Origin: Octopus sinensis
Lineage: Eukaryota
NCBI RefSeq assembly: GCF_006345805.1
Contig: NC_043000.1
Span: forward strand, 84,754,001-84,818,000
DNA: 64,000 nt
Direction of reading: 5' to 3'
Positions within the stretch are counted from its first letter, which is position 1. The number at the start of each line of letters is the position of its first letter. Both the position numbers and the translations under genes were made by a program. Positions 13,651 to 25,476 of the stretch are shown one piece after another. The notes beneath the pieces were generated by a model. The model was not told the DNA's origin. It did no database searches and saw nothing but the letters and a program-made list of their open reading frames with translations.

Positions 13651-13739
<89 letters not shown>

Positions 13740-13999
13740 TGAAATTATTCGGTTTCAAACGTAGAACTCGAAATAGAAAATGTTATAAATAATGATATGT
13801 AAATATTGGGTTAATATAACCCTTAGGGTAAAAAAATGAGAAGGCTGCTAGGGACTCAAATCCATATCTTCTGAAAACATGACAGACGTTCTTCCATTAG
13901 ATAAAGTAATCCTTCGAATTTTTCTATTTTGGAAGCTTTGTTCTTACCAGCGATAACATTATGTTGTGAATGTCATAAAGTATTACAGACATCAAGAGA

Positions 14000-14390
14000 T
14001 AGGTGCGGGCATGGCTGTGAGGTAAAACACTTGCTTCCCAACCAGATGGTTCCAGGTTCAGTCCCACTGCATGGCATCTTGGGCAAGTGTCTTCTACTAT
14101 ATCTTCGGGCCGACCAAAGCCTTGTGAGTGAATTTGGTTGACGTAAACTGAAAGAAGCTTTTCATGTATATGTATATAACTATGTGTGTGCGTTTTTTGG
14201 GGGGTGGGGGGTCTCCCATCACCGCTTGACAACTGCCTGTGCTGATGTGCTTGCGGTGCTGATGTGTTTACCTTAGCGGTTCTGCAAACGAGACCGATAA
14301 GTACTGGGCTCGATTCATTTGTCAAAAAATTCTACAGTATGATCGTAGTAAACTGAAGCAAGTAAACGATAAAAGAGATGCGAAATAATT
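14000..14390 (+). mobile_element. SINE family A
   Basis: GGCTGTGAGGTAAAACACTTGC..GGTTCAGTCCCACTGCATGGCATCTTGGGCAAGTGTCTTCTACTATA. Confidence 0.88.
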
Positions 14391-15449
14391 CGTTTTCTAA
14401 AGCTATACATAAAAGCATGTAAATAAAAGCTCGAAACAGATAAAGCTATAAATAAAAGCATGTAAATATTGAGTTAAAAAGGAAACCAAAGACCCACTCC
14501 TCTGGTCATGCCCAACCGTAACAGTGGGAAGAAGATAAGGGAGGAGGGTGACCCCGTGAAAAAAACCACAACAACAAACTCCAGCCACTGTAACACTATT
14601 TGGCAACACTACCACTCCTTCATCGTTTGACGTACAAAGCAAAGTATTACTATAGCAAACATGACAATAAATGCATAACGAAAACAAATAGTACCACAGA
14701 ATAAACAAAAAGGAAATAATGCACAATTTAAGGAACAATTAGTTTGAGATAATTTATATAGGAGGTGTAATAAAGCTAATCTGGGATAATTTTATGAAAC
14801 CAGACAGTGTTTGTAGCAGGATCTACTCCAAGAGAAAGCAACGAAAATATTATATATCTGCATCTTAAAAACTGTGGAGGCTGTAACGAATTATTGTCAA
14901 AGCAGCAATTAGAACATATACTACAAAAAGTATCGGGAGAAATTCTCTTAATGGAGACGGAGAAAATTTATGATAATGTCTGCTGTACTTTCAAAGACGA
15001 AGACTCAGCTAAAACCAGACTGTTATGCTGCTCATTGAGAATGTGTTCATTACTCTCAACTCTGGTATTTCTTTCACATGGTGCTACCATATTCGTGTTG
15101 ACCTATTTTCAGTTTCGCTCATCACCGTTTCTCTGCTGTCCATCCTAAGTCCAAGGTCAGCTAGATAACACATAATATCACACTACCCTCGCCATCTAAT
15201 ATTACATGGGGACGGTAGCAGATTGCGCCGTAACCTTCCTGGTATAATTTCAACCTTCTCGGTCCCGTTTTTCACAACCTCTTCTATCATTATTCCATTT
15301 GTCCTGTGGTTTTTCATTCTGCCCTTGCAGATTAACTTCCTAACATTATTGTTTTAATCATATGCCTCTTTTCTTCAATATGACGAATTTCTTTGACCCT
15401 CATAACTAACCTAACTATGCTATTCTAGGGATATAGGCCATTGCTCCTT

Positions 15450-15875
15450 GATAGTCTCACTTCTGCCTCAGTATTCTATTCTGCACATATCACATATTCT
15501 ATTTACGGGATGGTCTCTAACGCCTAAACAGCATTTTTGCGCTATCGAGTCAACTATCAACGACTCTACTCACAAACTGGAATGTGTCCTGTTATTTTTA
15601 TGATTCGAACACACTAGCTCAGACTGTTTGGCCATGTTGCTCGATTTTGAGAGTTAGACCCTGTTTACAGTGTTCTCTTCGCTGAGGATCCGGCTGGGTG
15701 GATGGTTCATGTTGGTCGACCACATCCCACATGATCACAGTAAATGAGGAGGTATCTCGTGAAGAGGGGGATTGACTGGAACTCTGCTCGACGGGTCACT
15801 CGGAAGGACCTGGGGATCTACCGACAAATGATGAATGCTGCAACTGCGCATGCCCCACACCTAACCTGACCTGGC
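15450..15875 (+). mobile_element. RTE-clade LINE 3' fragment (decayed)
   Basis: Translates ..IRTH*LRLFGHVARF*ELDPVYSVL..W..GRPHPT*..; ends in an (ACCTG)-like tail. Confidence 0.7.
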
Positions 15876-16069
15876 TTGAGTCAATTATCATTTATTCAGT
15901 TGAAACATGGTGCTATGTAAATGCTTCTATTGTGGTTGAGGTCTATGGGAAGTCACAAAAACTTTCCTTATATTTTAGATTAAACCTAACAATGCCACCT
16001 ATTTTGAATTGTACGAATTAAGTAAAAATTTCTTTGGAACCATCAACACATCAACGATCGATTAACCCA

Positions 16070-16490
16070 ACTGATATTCTAAACACTATAGTTATACTTT
16101 GGGTGATAATCGAAACACTATGTTACTACATGCGTAAACTCTATGGATACTCAATGGCTGATATCATAAACACCTGATTGATATTCTAAACACTTGAGAA
16201 ATACTCTAAATTCTATGGATACATTGTGGCTGATATTATAAACAGCTGATTGATATTCTAAACACTACAGTTATACCTTGGGTGATACTCTAAACTCTAT
16301 GGGTACACCATAGTTGATATTAGAAACACCTGATTGATATTCTAAACACCATAGATACACCGTGCATGTTACTTTAAACACTATTGTTTCACCAAAGGTA
16401 ATATTCTAAACACATGGTTGATATTCTAAACACGTGGATGATACACTAAACATTATGGTTTGATACTTTAAACATTATAGTTACTTCAAA
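16070..16490 (+). repeat. Degenerate minisatellite with GATATTCTAAACAC core
   Basis: Core recurs about 10 times with variable spacers. Confidence 0.75.
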
Positions 16491-17705
16491 GGTAACGCTA
16501 TTTCTCGACAGTTTCTGCGCTTTATTGAAGAACAACACGTTTCCAAATAATAATTACTCGTTTTAAATAATTAAAGAATGAATTTATTGAACCTCGCACC
16601 AATCATATTTTTATTGAATTGGGAGGTGGAATGAAAGACAGTCAATATTTACAGGATTTAAATTCAGAACATAAAAAGATAAAAGTAAATACCACGAGGC
16701 ATTTAGCTCGGTCCAGTTGTGTTTCTTTCACTCCAACATCTGTTTGTCTTCAAATAATATTTTGTGATTTAATAATTAGAAAAATATTAATAGGATCATA
16801 AACTAGCATTGTTTGTCTTCAAATAATATCTAATGATTTAATAATTAGAAAAAAAATATCATAAATTGGTGTCAGACATTATAGTAATCCCTTGTCTTTT
16901 ACACCAATTTCAAAAGACATTATAGAAAAAATGTTCCTCAAAGAGAATATTTAGTCTGATTTTAGTGTTTGAATGTGTGAGAATAAAAAATAACGGGGAA
17001 TGGCATTACTGTAAATAAGAGCAACATCAAGGCCAGCCACCAAATCGATAGCTGACAGTTTTATTCGCTGCTTTATAGATCATTGAATTATTTCTGTGAA
17101 GGTGTGGTTGTTAGGCTTTTGTTATCTAATAGAGTCAATTCTAACATGGCTACTTATAGTCATGTAATTTCCCTGAGCGATTTTCATTTCAATATCAACA
17201 TTAATTTCTCTTCTGTAAAGTCGGCAGTTGTTAACTTCAGTGTTATTTGTAACAAAATGTAGCTCATTTCAAATAGGCCACACAGCAATATAACTTATAG
17301 TTGACCTTATTCTGATCATTGGTTATTTTTGCAAAACAGTTTCATTTTAATAATTCTAACATTATCTTGGCTTGCTTTACGCCCTCAATTCTTGATGGAC
17401 TTATAAGGTACCCTAGTGTCATATGGTGTGTCTTGGAGAGTCTTTGAACCAGCGGAGACAAATTGTGTTCGAATCTGATTACAGCCGATTTCTTTCAAAG
17501 AGAGGAAGACGGAATAAAGAAATTTTATTTACTGACCCCGAAAAGTCGAAAGATTAATTTGGCTTCGGCCGTGTTTGAACCGTGTTTGAGTGGAGAGAGC
17601 TGAAACAAATATTGCAATGCAATCTAACCAACTCTCTATCGACTAAGCCAGTTTTGTATACATGACAACTTGGTTGTGTTACTAAATGTAATAGTGTGTG
17701 TGTAT

Positions 17706-17736
<31 letters not shown>

Positions 17737-17844
17737 CGCGTGTGTGTGTGTTTGTGTGTGCATGAGGAGACACCGCAAAGATACTAGTGACGGAAAAATT
17801 TGTATTATTTATTAAAATCGATAAAATGACACAGTGAACTTGCC

Positions 17845-18280
17845 GCAGCAGGTGGGAAATCCAACGTTTCGGGTAGAGTCCTTCTTCAGAGAAAAAGTTG
17901 ACTGTTAATAAAGAAAGACAGCAGAGTATTACATTCTTTGATTTAAGAACCTGACTGCAACTGACCACGGGGGCTTCATACTTAAACAGGTAGTTGTAGG
18001 AGTGAGAAACGGTGTGAGAAGGTTAGAAGGTAAAAGGAATATAAAGGGGAAGAGAAGAGGGCGAAGACGAGAATGTGGTGAAGGAAAGTGATGAGGTAAG
18101 ACGTGAGTTGAAGCATTAGAAAGGATTTAATTCTCTATCTAAGAAGACGTAAAAGACTTCAAGGAAAAATGTTCATTCAAATCCATCGGTGGCATGGCAC
18201 CAAGTTTGAATATGATATACTGTTCCCTCCGTTTCTATGAGAATGTGAATCATTGTGTGCGGCGATGTGTGTAAGCGAAT
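17845..18280 (-). mobile_element. Penelope-like element 3' remnant
   Basis: Minus strand KRREQYIIFKLGAMPPMDLNEHF (GIY-YIG C-terminus, about 18165-18240) upstream of a hammerhead motif. Confidence 0.7.
17859..17892 (-). ncRNA. Minimal hammerhead ribozyme-like motif, canonical core
   Basis: TCT-CTGAAGA-A-GG ACTCTAC CC-GAAA-CG-TT-GGA: palindromic ACGT stem III; weak stems I and II. Confidence 0.55.
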
Positions 18281-18649
18281 GTATATTGTGTCATTATTAG
18301 GGTTACTAATATTTCTCTTTTGTTTTGATTATGACATTTTTTTTTTAAAAGAAGAAATTGTTTAAAGAAGACCATATGTATAAAATCATAGCCTTAGCAA
18401 TCGTAATATTGACTTCAAATTTCGGAACAAAGTCCAACAATTTAGCGGGTTGGAGTAAGTTGCTTACATCAACCCTAGTACTCAGCTCTGGACAGATGAA
18501 ACTGGAAGCCAACTTTGATGGAATTTAAAGATAGAACATAAGGACGTATGAAACGTTGCCAAGCATTTTGCCTTGTGTGCTAACGACCCTGACAACCAAC
18601 TCGTCGCCTTAGTGAAGGTAGTATTATATGTGTGTGTATGTATTCTTTA

Positions 18650-19160
18650 ACTCTTTCACTCTTTTGTTTGTTTCAGTCATTTGACTGCAGCCATGCTGGA
18701 ACACTGCCTTTAGTCGAACAAATCGACCCCAGGACTTATTCTTTGTAATCCTAGTACTTATTCAATCGATCTTTTTGGCAGAATATAGCCACTCCATATA
18801 TATATACTCTTTTACTTGTTTCAGTCATTTGACAGCGGCCATGCTGGAGCACCGCCTTTAGTCGAGCAAATCGACCCCAGGACTTATTCTTTGTAAACCT
18901 AGTACTTATTCTATTGGTTTCTTTTGCCGAACCCCTAAGTTACGGGGACGTAAACACACCAGCATCGGTTATTAAGCGATGTTGGGGGGACAAACACAGA
19001 CACACAAACATATACACACACATACATACCAAATCCTCTCACAAAGCTTTGGTCGACCCGAGGTTTTAGCAGAAGACAGTTGCCAAAGGTGCCACGCAGT
19101 GGGACTGAACCCGGCACCATGTGATTCGTAAGCAAGCTACTTACCACACAGCCACTCCTA
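18650..19160 (-). mobile_element. SINE family A: 3' fragment (18650-18775) plus near-full copy (18810-19160)
   Basis: Two successive TTTCAGTCATTTGAC..CCATGCTGGA tails; head CTTACCACACAGCCACTCC at 19140-19158. Confidence 0.9.
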
Positions 19161-20854
19161 TGCTTATATATATAGAGAGAGAGGGGAAGGGAGAGATGAG
19201 ATAAACAGCATAGACAAATGGCCAAAGACCCCCACATTTGAACCCGAGAATAACAAGAAAAGGGCTTGTATATAGCTTGTAGGGAAAACGGCAATCGTAT
19301 CTACATGAAGAACTCACAAACAAGGCGAATATGTACTGGGAAAAAATGATAATTGGAAGAAATAAAATAAGAACCTTGAAAGACTCCCAGAATGAAATCT
19401 TCTATCACTCAAGCTCTCCTCCATTGTTAAAAGTAAAAGAAATAGAAAACATCGATCGTACTCTGTATAATGCTAATAGTAATCTCAATTGTAACTCAGT
19501 GACTTTTAATGCCCTCTCTCACCTCTTTTCTCCACTATTTAAAAAAAGAAAAGTCGATCGTTTATATAGTTTCTAAATGTTTTAAATGACCATGTAGTTT
19601 TATCTCAAGTTGCAGTGCATTGACAAGCCCCAAATGAGCGCGAAAAAATTTATCTACATCGACTTGCAGCTACTAGGACAACCAAAACATAAAAGATAAA
19701 TATGAATTATTTAGAAATATCTACTCGCATTATAAATGAAGTATATAGAAAATAATAAAAAATCTCTCTCGGCGATTCTCTCCCCTCGGGGGAAATTTCT
19801 CCGCCTCTTCTATTTCTCGCTGCCTCTTAAGCTGAAAACAACCGCAGATGGCAGCAGCGGCACAACGGCGGTCACCGTTCAAATTTCAGACGTATATATA
19901 TATATAATGCCGGTAGGGTAGATTTTACCTTTCATCTTTCTGGATCGATAAAATAAGTACTAGCAGAGTATTGAGAACGACCTGAACGACTAGCCCCTTC
20001 CCTGAAATTATTGGCGTTGTGCCAAAATTTAAAACCAATATGAAAAATATATAAAAACAGAATTGTAAATGTTATACATCATTTAAATTCTTAAGAGACT
20101 TCTACATCACTTTATGTGTGTGTGTATGTGAGCGTGTGTGTGTGTGCGCGCGCACGTTTTTTTCGGTGACAGTGAACATATCCAGTAAAGCTTTTCTAAA
20201 ACATATTTTGTATACATGAATGAGTCCCGGTGGCAAATAAATGAAGCTAATATTATTATTAACATCACCACCTTCATCACCGTTATCAGCATCACTAATC
20301 GCCATCATCACCATCAGCAGCAGCAGTAGCAGCATAGCTGTTTTTTATATTTCATGAGGAACACAATGCTGATAACAAAGATAGATGTAAATGCAAGATT
20401 CATTATAAAACAATAAAGAAATAAAATCGGATAAAGAAATAACTTTCTATTTTTAATCTAATCATATCTGTTCTCTTTTTAAGAACATTTTCACGTTTTG
20501 TTTATGCGATTTGCTTTTTTGCTTTATCACAGTTGAGTATTACAAAGAAACGGATAGTTTCTTTGCAGTGTAAACAACACAATGGTACGAAAATGATCAA
20601 AATATAGTTTCACTGTAAAAATGAAGGAATATATTGAACAGAAGGAAAATAAATATTAGGAGAAAGGGTGGGTGGAATAGAAAAAGAGTTCTGTTTTCTA
20701 TTAAATAAGACTACAGCAGCAGTAGTAGTAGTGGTGGTTGTAGTGTCCAAGTGGTGTGGCCGCCATGTGAATGCCCCTTTGTCGCACCCTTCAACAGAGT
20801 GGATTTCAGGAGAGAGAGAGAGAGAAAGAAGAGGGAATTGCCTCAGTCCTTGAC

Positions 20855-20995
20855 GGGTAGATTATTTATCAACCCTTGAATAGAAGAAAAAAAAACCAAG
20901 CTGACCTCGACAGGATCTGAACTCAGAGCGGAGAAAGCCTGTACAATTACCGCAAGGCGTTTTATTCGACGCCCTAATGACTCTGCCAGTTTACT
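20855..20995 (-). mobile_element. SINE family B, decayed; further partial copies at about 19925-20040, 25790-25930, 26060-26200, 30020-30180 and 62020-62105
   Basis: Matches to the GTCGACTTTGCCTTTCATCC / GAACTCAGAACG blocks. Confidence 0.65.
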
Positions 20996-21674
20996 GCCTT
21001 AGTGGTATCCTGACAAATTATGACAGAGCGTGGCATCGGCAAAATCGGCAGGGCGTCGGACAAAACTACCTTATGGCATTTGTTTCGGCTCTTCACTATC
21101 TGAGTTCGAAATTTTTGCCATGGTCAACCTCGACGAAATTTCAACTAATCATTTCACCATCCGGTGTCGGTAAAATATATAATGCCAGTATTCCGAAGAC
21201 ATCGCAAGGAAGACAAACCAGCAGTGATTAGAATCGACAGAATAAACAGCAGTACAAAGTTGTTGATGTTGTTGTATATCAGTAGATTTTGATTCGGATA
21301 GGAGACTAAACAATTGAATTAGTCTCAGTTCGTAACAGATCCTAATTTATCAACGATAGGGGAATGAGATGCACAATGAACTGAGACAAAATTTTAACTA
21401 ACTAAAAGCGGCTGGTCTTTATTCATACAATCTCGTATACGTCATCCCATCACCATCGACTAACAATGTCAATGATAAATGGCTTATAAATGCTCTTAAA
21501 AATCATCGCAGATTACAGATACTCGTTTTTGTACACCTAAATCAATACCAAGACAAAATGAAGTAATGTTACAAGTTAAGGCATACATATCTGTTTCGTT
21601 TTGAGTTACTTTTTTAAAATCCGTTGCTTATGTTTTAATTCGGTTTAACAGTCCGCTGTATTTTGTCACGAACA

Positions 21675-21870
21675 AGGCGGCGAGCTGGCAGAATCGTTAG
21701 CACACTGGGCAAAATGCTTTGCGGCATTTACGTTCTGAGTTCAAATTCCGCTGAGGTTGACTTTACCTTCCATCCTTTCTGAGTTGATAAAATAAGTGCC
21801 AGTTGAGCAATGGGATCAATGTAATCGACGTTCCTCGAAACTGCTGACTTTGTGCCAAAATTTGAAACCA
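21675..21870 (+). mobile_element. tRNA-derived SINE family B (monomer, tail type T2)
   Basis: GGCGGCGAGCTGGCAGAATCGTTAGCAC (A-box-like), GTTCAAATTCC (B-box), core GTTGACTTTACCTTCCATCCTTT. Confidence 0.88.
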
Positions 21871-22156
21871 ATACTTTGTCACAAACTTTCAGTGAAATAT
21901 TTTTTCTTGTACATTGAAAGAGAACAATGATGAATACTTGATCACAAGGTAGCCGTGTAAACCACTGTATTCTCTTCTTTGTGTGCTGAACCGCAGCCAT
22001 CCTAAAACATTATGTCAGTGGGTCTAAACACAATCAAAAGTTTCTGAAAGAGACTTAAGATGAAATCGATATTAGTAAGACCTTGTAATTCCGAGATAAC
22101 TTTTATTAATATCCGATTCTCGCATGTTCAGTCTTCATGCAATCATAGGAAGGCTT

Positions 22157-22552
22157 AAGGCGGCAGCTAGCAGATCGTTAGCACGCCGGGCGAAATGCGT
22201 AGCCGTATTTCGTCTGCCGTTACGTTCTGAGTTCAAATTCCGCCGAGGTCGACTTTGCCTTTCATCCTTTCGGGGTCGATAAATTAAGTATCAGTTACGC
22301 ACTGCGGTCGATATAATCGACTTAATCCGTTTGTCTGTCCTTGTTTGTCCTCTCCGTGTTTAACCCCTTGTGGGTAGTAAAGAAATAGGTATTTCGTCTG
22401 TTGCTACGTTCTAAGTTCAAATTCCGCCGACGTCGACTTTGCTTTTCATCCTTTCGGGGTCGATAAATTAAGTACTAGTTGTGTACTGGAGTCAATCTAA
22501 TCGACTGGCCCCCACCCCAAAAATTTTGGTTCTTGTGCCTAGAGTAAAAAAG
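22157..22552 (+). mobile_element. SINE family B, internally duplicated dimer with 16-bp TSD
   Basis: AATCATAGGAAGGCTT at 22141-22156 and 22553-22568; structure head-core-tail T1-core-tail T2. Confidence 0.92.
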
Positions 22553-22802
22553 AATCATAGGAAGGCTTTGAATAATTTTCTCGTGTGCTGGCTGCTTTAA
22601 AAATTTCTAACGCTACGTTAATAAAGAATAATTTCGATAAAGAGCCAGTTGGAAAAGAAGGAGCAGGGCTAATTACCTTACATATCTCTGTATTGGGGTT
22701 GTTCTTGGCTTTAAACTCAAATTTCTTGCTACTGCAAACATGGGATGTATGCCTTTATTAGGTAAACAACGAAAAGAAAATATTATAAGAATAATGTTTG
22801 GG

Positions 22803-23250
22803 ATAGGCACAGGTGTGGCTGTGAGCCATGTGGTACATGGCACCGGGTTTAGTTCCACTGCGTGACACCTTGGTCAAGTAACTTCTACTATAGCTTCGGG
22901 CTAACCAAAGCTTTGTGAGTGAATTCGGGAGACGGAAACTGAAAGAGATCAGTATTGTGTGTGTGTGTTGTGTGTGTGTGTTGTGTGTGTGTGTATTTGT
23001 GTGTGTGTGTGTGTGTGTGTTGTGTGTGTGTGTGTGTATGTGTGTGTGTGTGTGTGTCGCTGTATATATGTGTGTCCCCTACCGCCGCTTGACAACCGGT
23101 GTTTCTGTTCCCGAGGCATAGCAGTTCAGTAAAAAAAACCGATAGGATAAGTACTAGACTTTAAAAAATTAAGCGTTGTAGTCTTATTCTAAATTCTTCA
23201 AGGCGGTGCTCCAGCATGGCCGCAGTATAATGACTGAAAGAAGATAAAGA
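22803..23250 (+). mobile_element. SINE family A
   Basis: Head, CORE-like CCTTGGTCAAGTAACTTCTACTATAGC, (TG)n, tail GGCGGTGCTCCAGCATGGCCGCAG. Confidence 0.88.
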
Positions 23251-23954
23251 CAGAAAATAGTAAACAAATATAACTATTTGAGCCACCGAACTATATGTCT
23301 AAATTAAACGTCCTAAGTTTAAATCCTATATTTTTCAGAGGATCAATTATTTACAATAAATTCACTGAAGTCAACTCAGTCAAGCACACATTCCATTTTG
23401 TTTTTCCTCTTCAGATATATGTTCTTGTACTTAAATAAGAGCTAAACTATTTCTTTTGTCGAGAAACAACGATATATTAAAAGTCAGATTGTAAAAATGG
23501 AGATATTTTTGCCTTGGAGTGGTGTATTGGAAGAATCGGAGAAAATATTTAGTGACGTTTGTTCTGAGTCTTTGTACTCTGAGTCCCAAAACCACCCTGG
23601 TAGGTTTTGTTTTTTATCCTTTCGAGATCGATAAAAGAAAATAGCAATCCAAGGTGGTGAGTTAGCAAAACAATAAGAATGTCGCACCAGATGTTTCACG
23701 GTCTTCTTCTGAGTTCAAATTTCGCAATGGCCTGCTTGGCGGGTAGATTTAGCCAGTTTCGTGGTTTAATACTATTATCTGACACATTCGGAACTGTTTT
23801 CAGAGTCCACTCTGTAGCAAAGATTCAGGCCAAGTTTCCAGCTTGAGAATATCTTCGTCCGTCTTTTTCTCCTTACCTCTCTCTCTCAGAGGTCAAATAA
23901 TGAGTTGTGGACACTACCTTTCCTAGTAACTAAAACACATGAAATACAAAACAA

Positions 23955-25476
23955 TATGTCATTGGCGACGGGTGTTATACCTGCGGACTGGAGAACAACG
24001 ATAATCTGCCCAATTTTCAAGAAAGGGAGCCGCGAAGAGCCTCGAAGAGCCGCGAAGAGCCGCGAAGAGCCGCGAAGAGCCGCGAAGAGCCGCGAAGACC
24101 CGCTTAACTACCGACCGGTTTCCCTTACATCAATAATCAGCAAGATGTTCGAAACCATCCTTAAGAAAAGTATGATGCTCCATCTCCAAAACACAGCCTC
24201 TATCTCTGATTCCCAACACGGCTTCGTGCCGAAGAGATCATGCTTGACCAACTTACTGGTAATGGAAGAATTAGTGACGCGCATCCTCGATGATAGTGAT
24301 GCTGTTGACATCGTTTTATTGGACTTTGCCAAAGCTTTTGACTCGGTAAACCACCGCCTATTACTTGTCAAGCTTCAAGCATAGAGTTTCCATCCGGATA
24401 TTGTACGATGGGTTAGTGCCTTCCTCTCAGATCGCTCCTTCTAAGTCCAAGTTAATGGTTCGCGGTCCGACGTCTCCAGTGCGAGCAGTGGCGTGCCTCA
24501 AGGTTCAGTGCTTGGGCCCTTATTGTTCTTAGTCTTCATAAATGACTTGCCCGACGACCTCACGCAACACACCCTTCTATTTGCCGACGATGTCAAACTG
24601 GTCGCTCCTCGCGGTGATATAGAGGATCTTCGTCGATGCCTCCACCAGATTTGGAGATGGTCTGACGAATGGGACCTGTGTCTGAACGTGTCAAAGTGCT
24701 GTCATCTGTCTGTTGGCTCTCCTACTGCAACTCAACTTGATTTCGAGCCGGGTCGTCTGCTGCTGGAGAGGACCGATCAGGTAAAGAACCTGGGTATCTT
24801 GTTGGATTCCTCCTTTTCGCCTTCGGCCCAGTGCGTCCATGCTGCCAACAAAGCACGCGGAGTTCTGTTCTTGATTCGACGGTCATTCGGAATGCTCACA
24901 GCAGCCATATTCCTACCGCTCTATGTCACGCTGGTGAGACTCATATTGGAGTACGGGATTCAAGCCTTTTCTCCTTATCTCCTCAAAGACATACAGCATC
25001 TCGAAAGAGTCCAGGAGCTGGCTACCCGCATGGTTCTTGGTCTCAAGAATTTGTCTTATGAAGAAAGACTGAAGACGCTCGACCTTTATTCTCTAGAAAA
25101 ACGACGACGCCGTGGTGATCTCATTCTTGCTCGCAACATCATAAGCGGAAAGTGTAACCTCTCGAAAGAGCTGTTCTTCACTCCTGCTCCAGAGCGTCGG
25201 CTGCGGGGTCATTCCGAAAAGCTCTATCTGCGACGATTTCATCTCAATCGAAAGAGAGGGGCTTTCTCCGTCCGGGTTGCGGATCCGTGGAATAAGCTGC
25301 CGGACAAGATGGTGAAGATGCCGACGACCGCTCGGTTCAAAGTCTCCCTTGACCACAAGTGGCCTGAACTCTTTACATGAACACCAGCCTGTACATAACT
25401 CCATGTCCCCCTACATGGCCTTGCTTTTTGCTTTTTGAGCCAAAAGATTAACTAACTAACTAACTAACTAACTAAC
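23955..25476 (+). mobile_element. 5'-truncated CR1-type LINE (reverse transcriptase, two in-frame stops) with (TAAC)n tail
   Basis: GVIPADW..PIFKKG..NYRPVSLTS, DFAKAFDSVNH, PQGSVLGPLLF, FADDVKL, RVADPWNKLP; TAG at 24382, TAA near 24502; tail (TAAC)n at about 25448-25476. Confidence 0.95.

Noticed and set aside
16740-16860. Local ~50-bp direct duplication (TTTGTCTTCAAATAATAT..TGATTTAATAATTAGAAAAA)
   Set aside because: AT-rich slippage-type duplication with no associated structure.
21680-21760. tRNA-like A/B boxes in SINE heads as tRNA genes
   Set aside because: No complete cloverleaf or acceptor stem; they continue directly into SINE cores.
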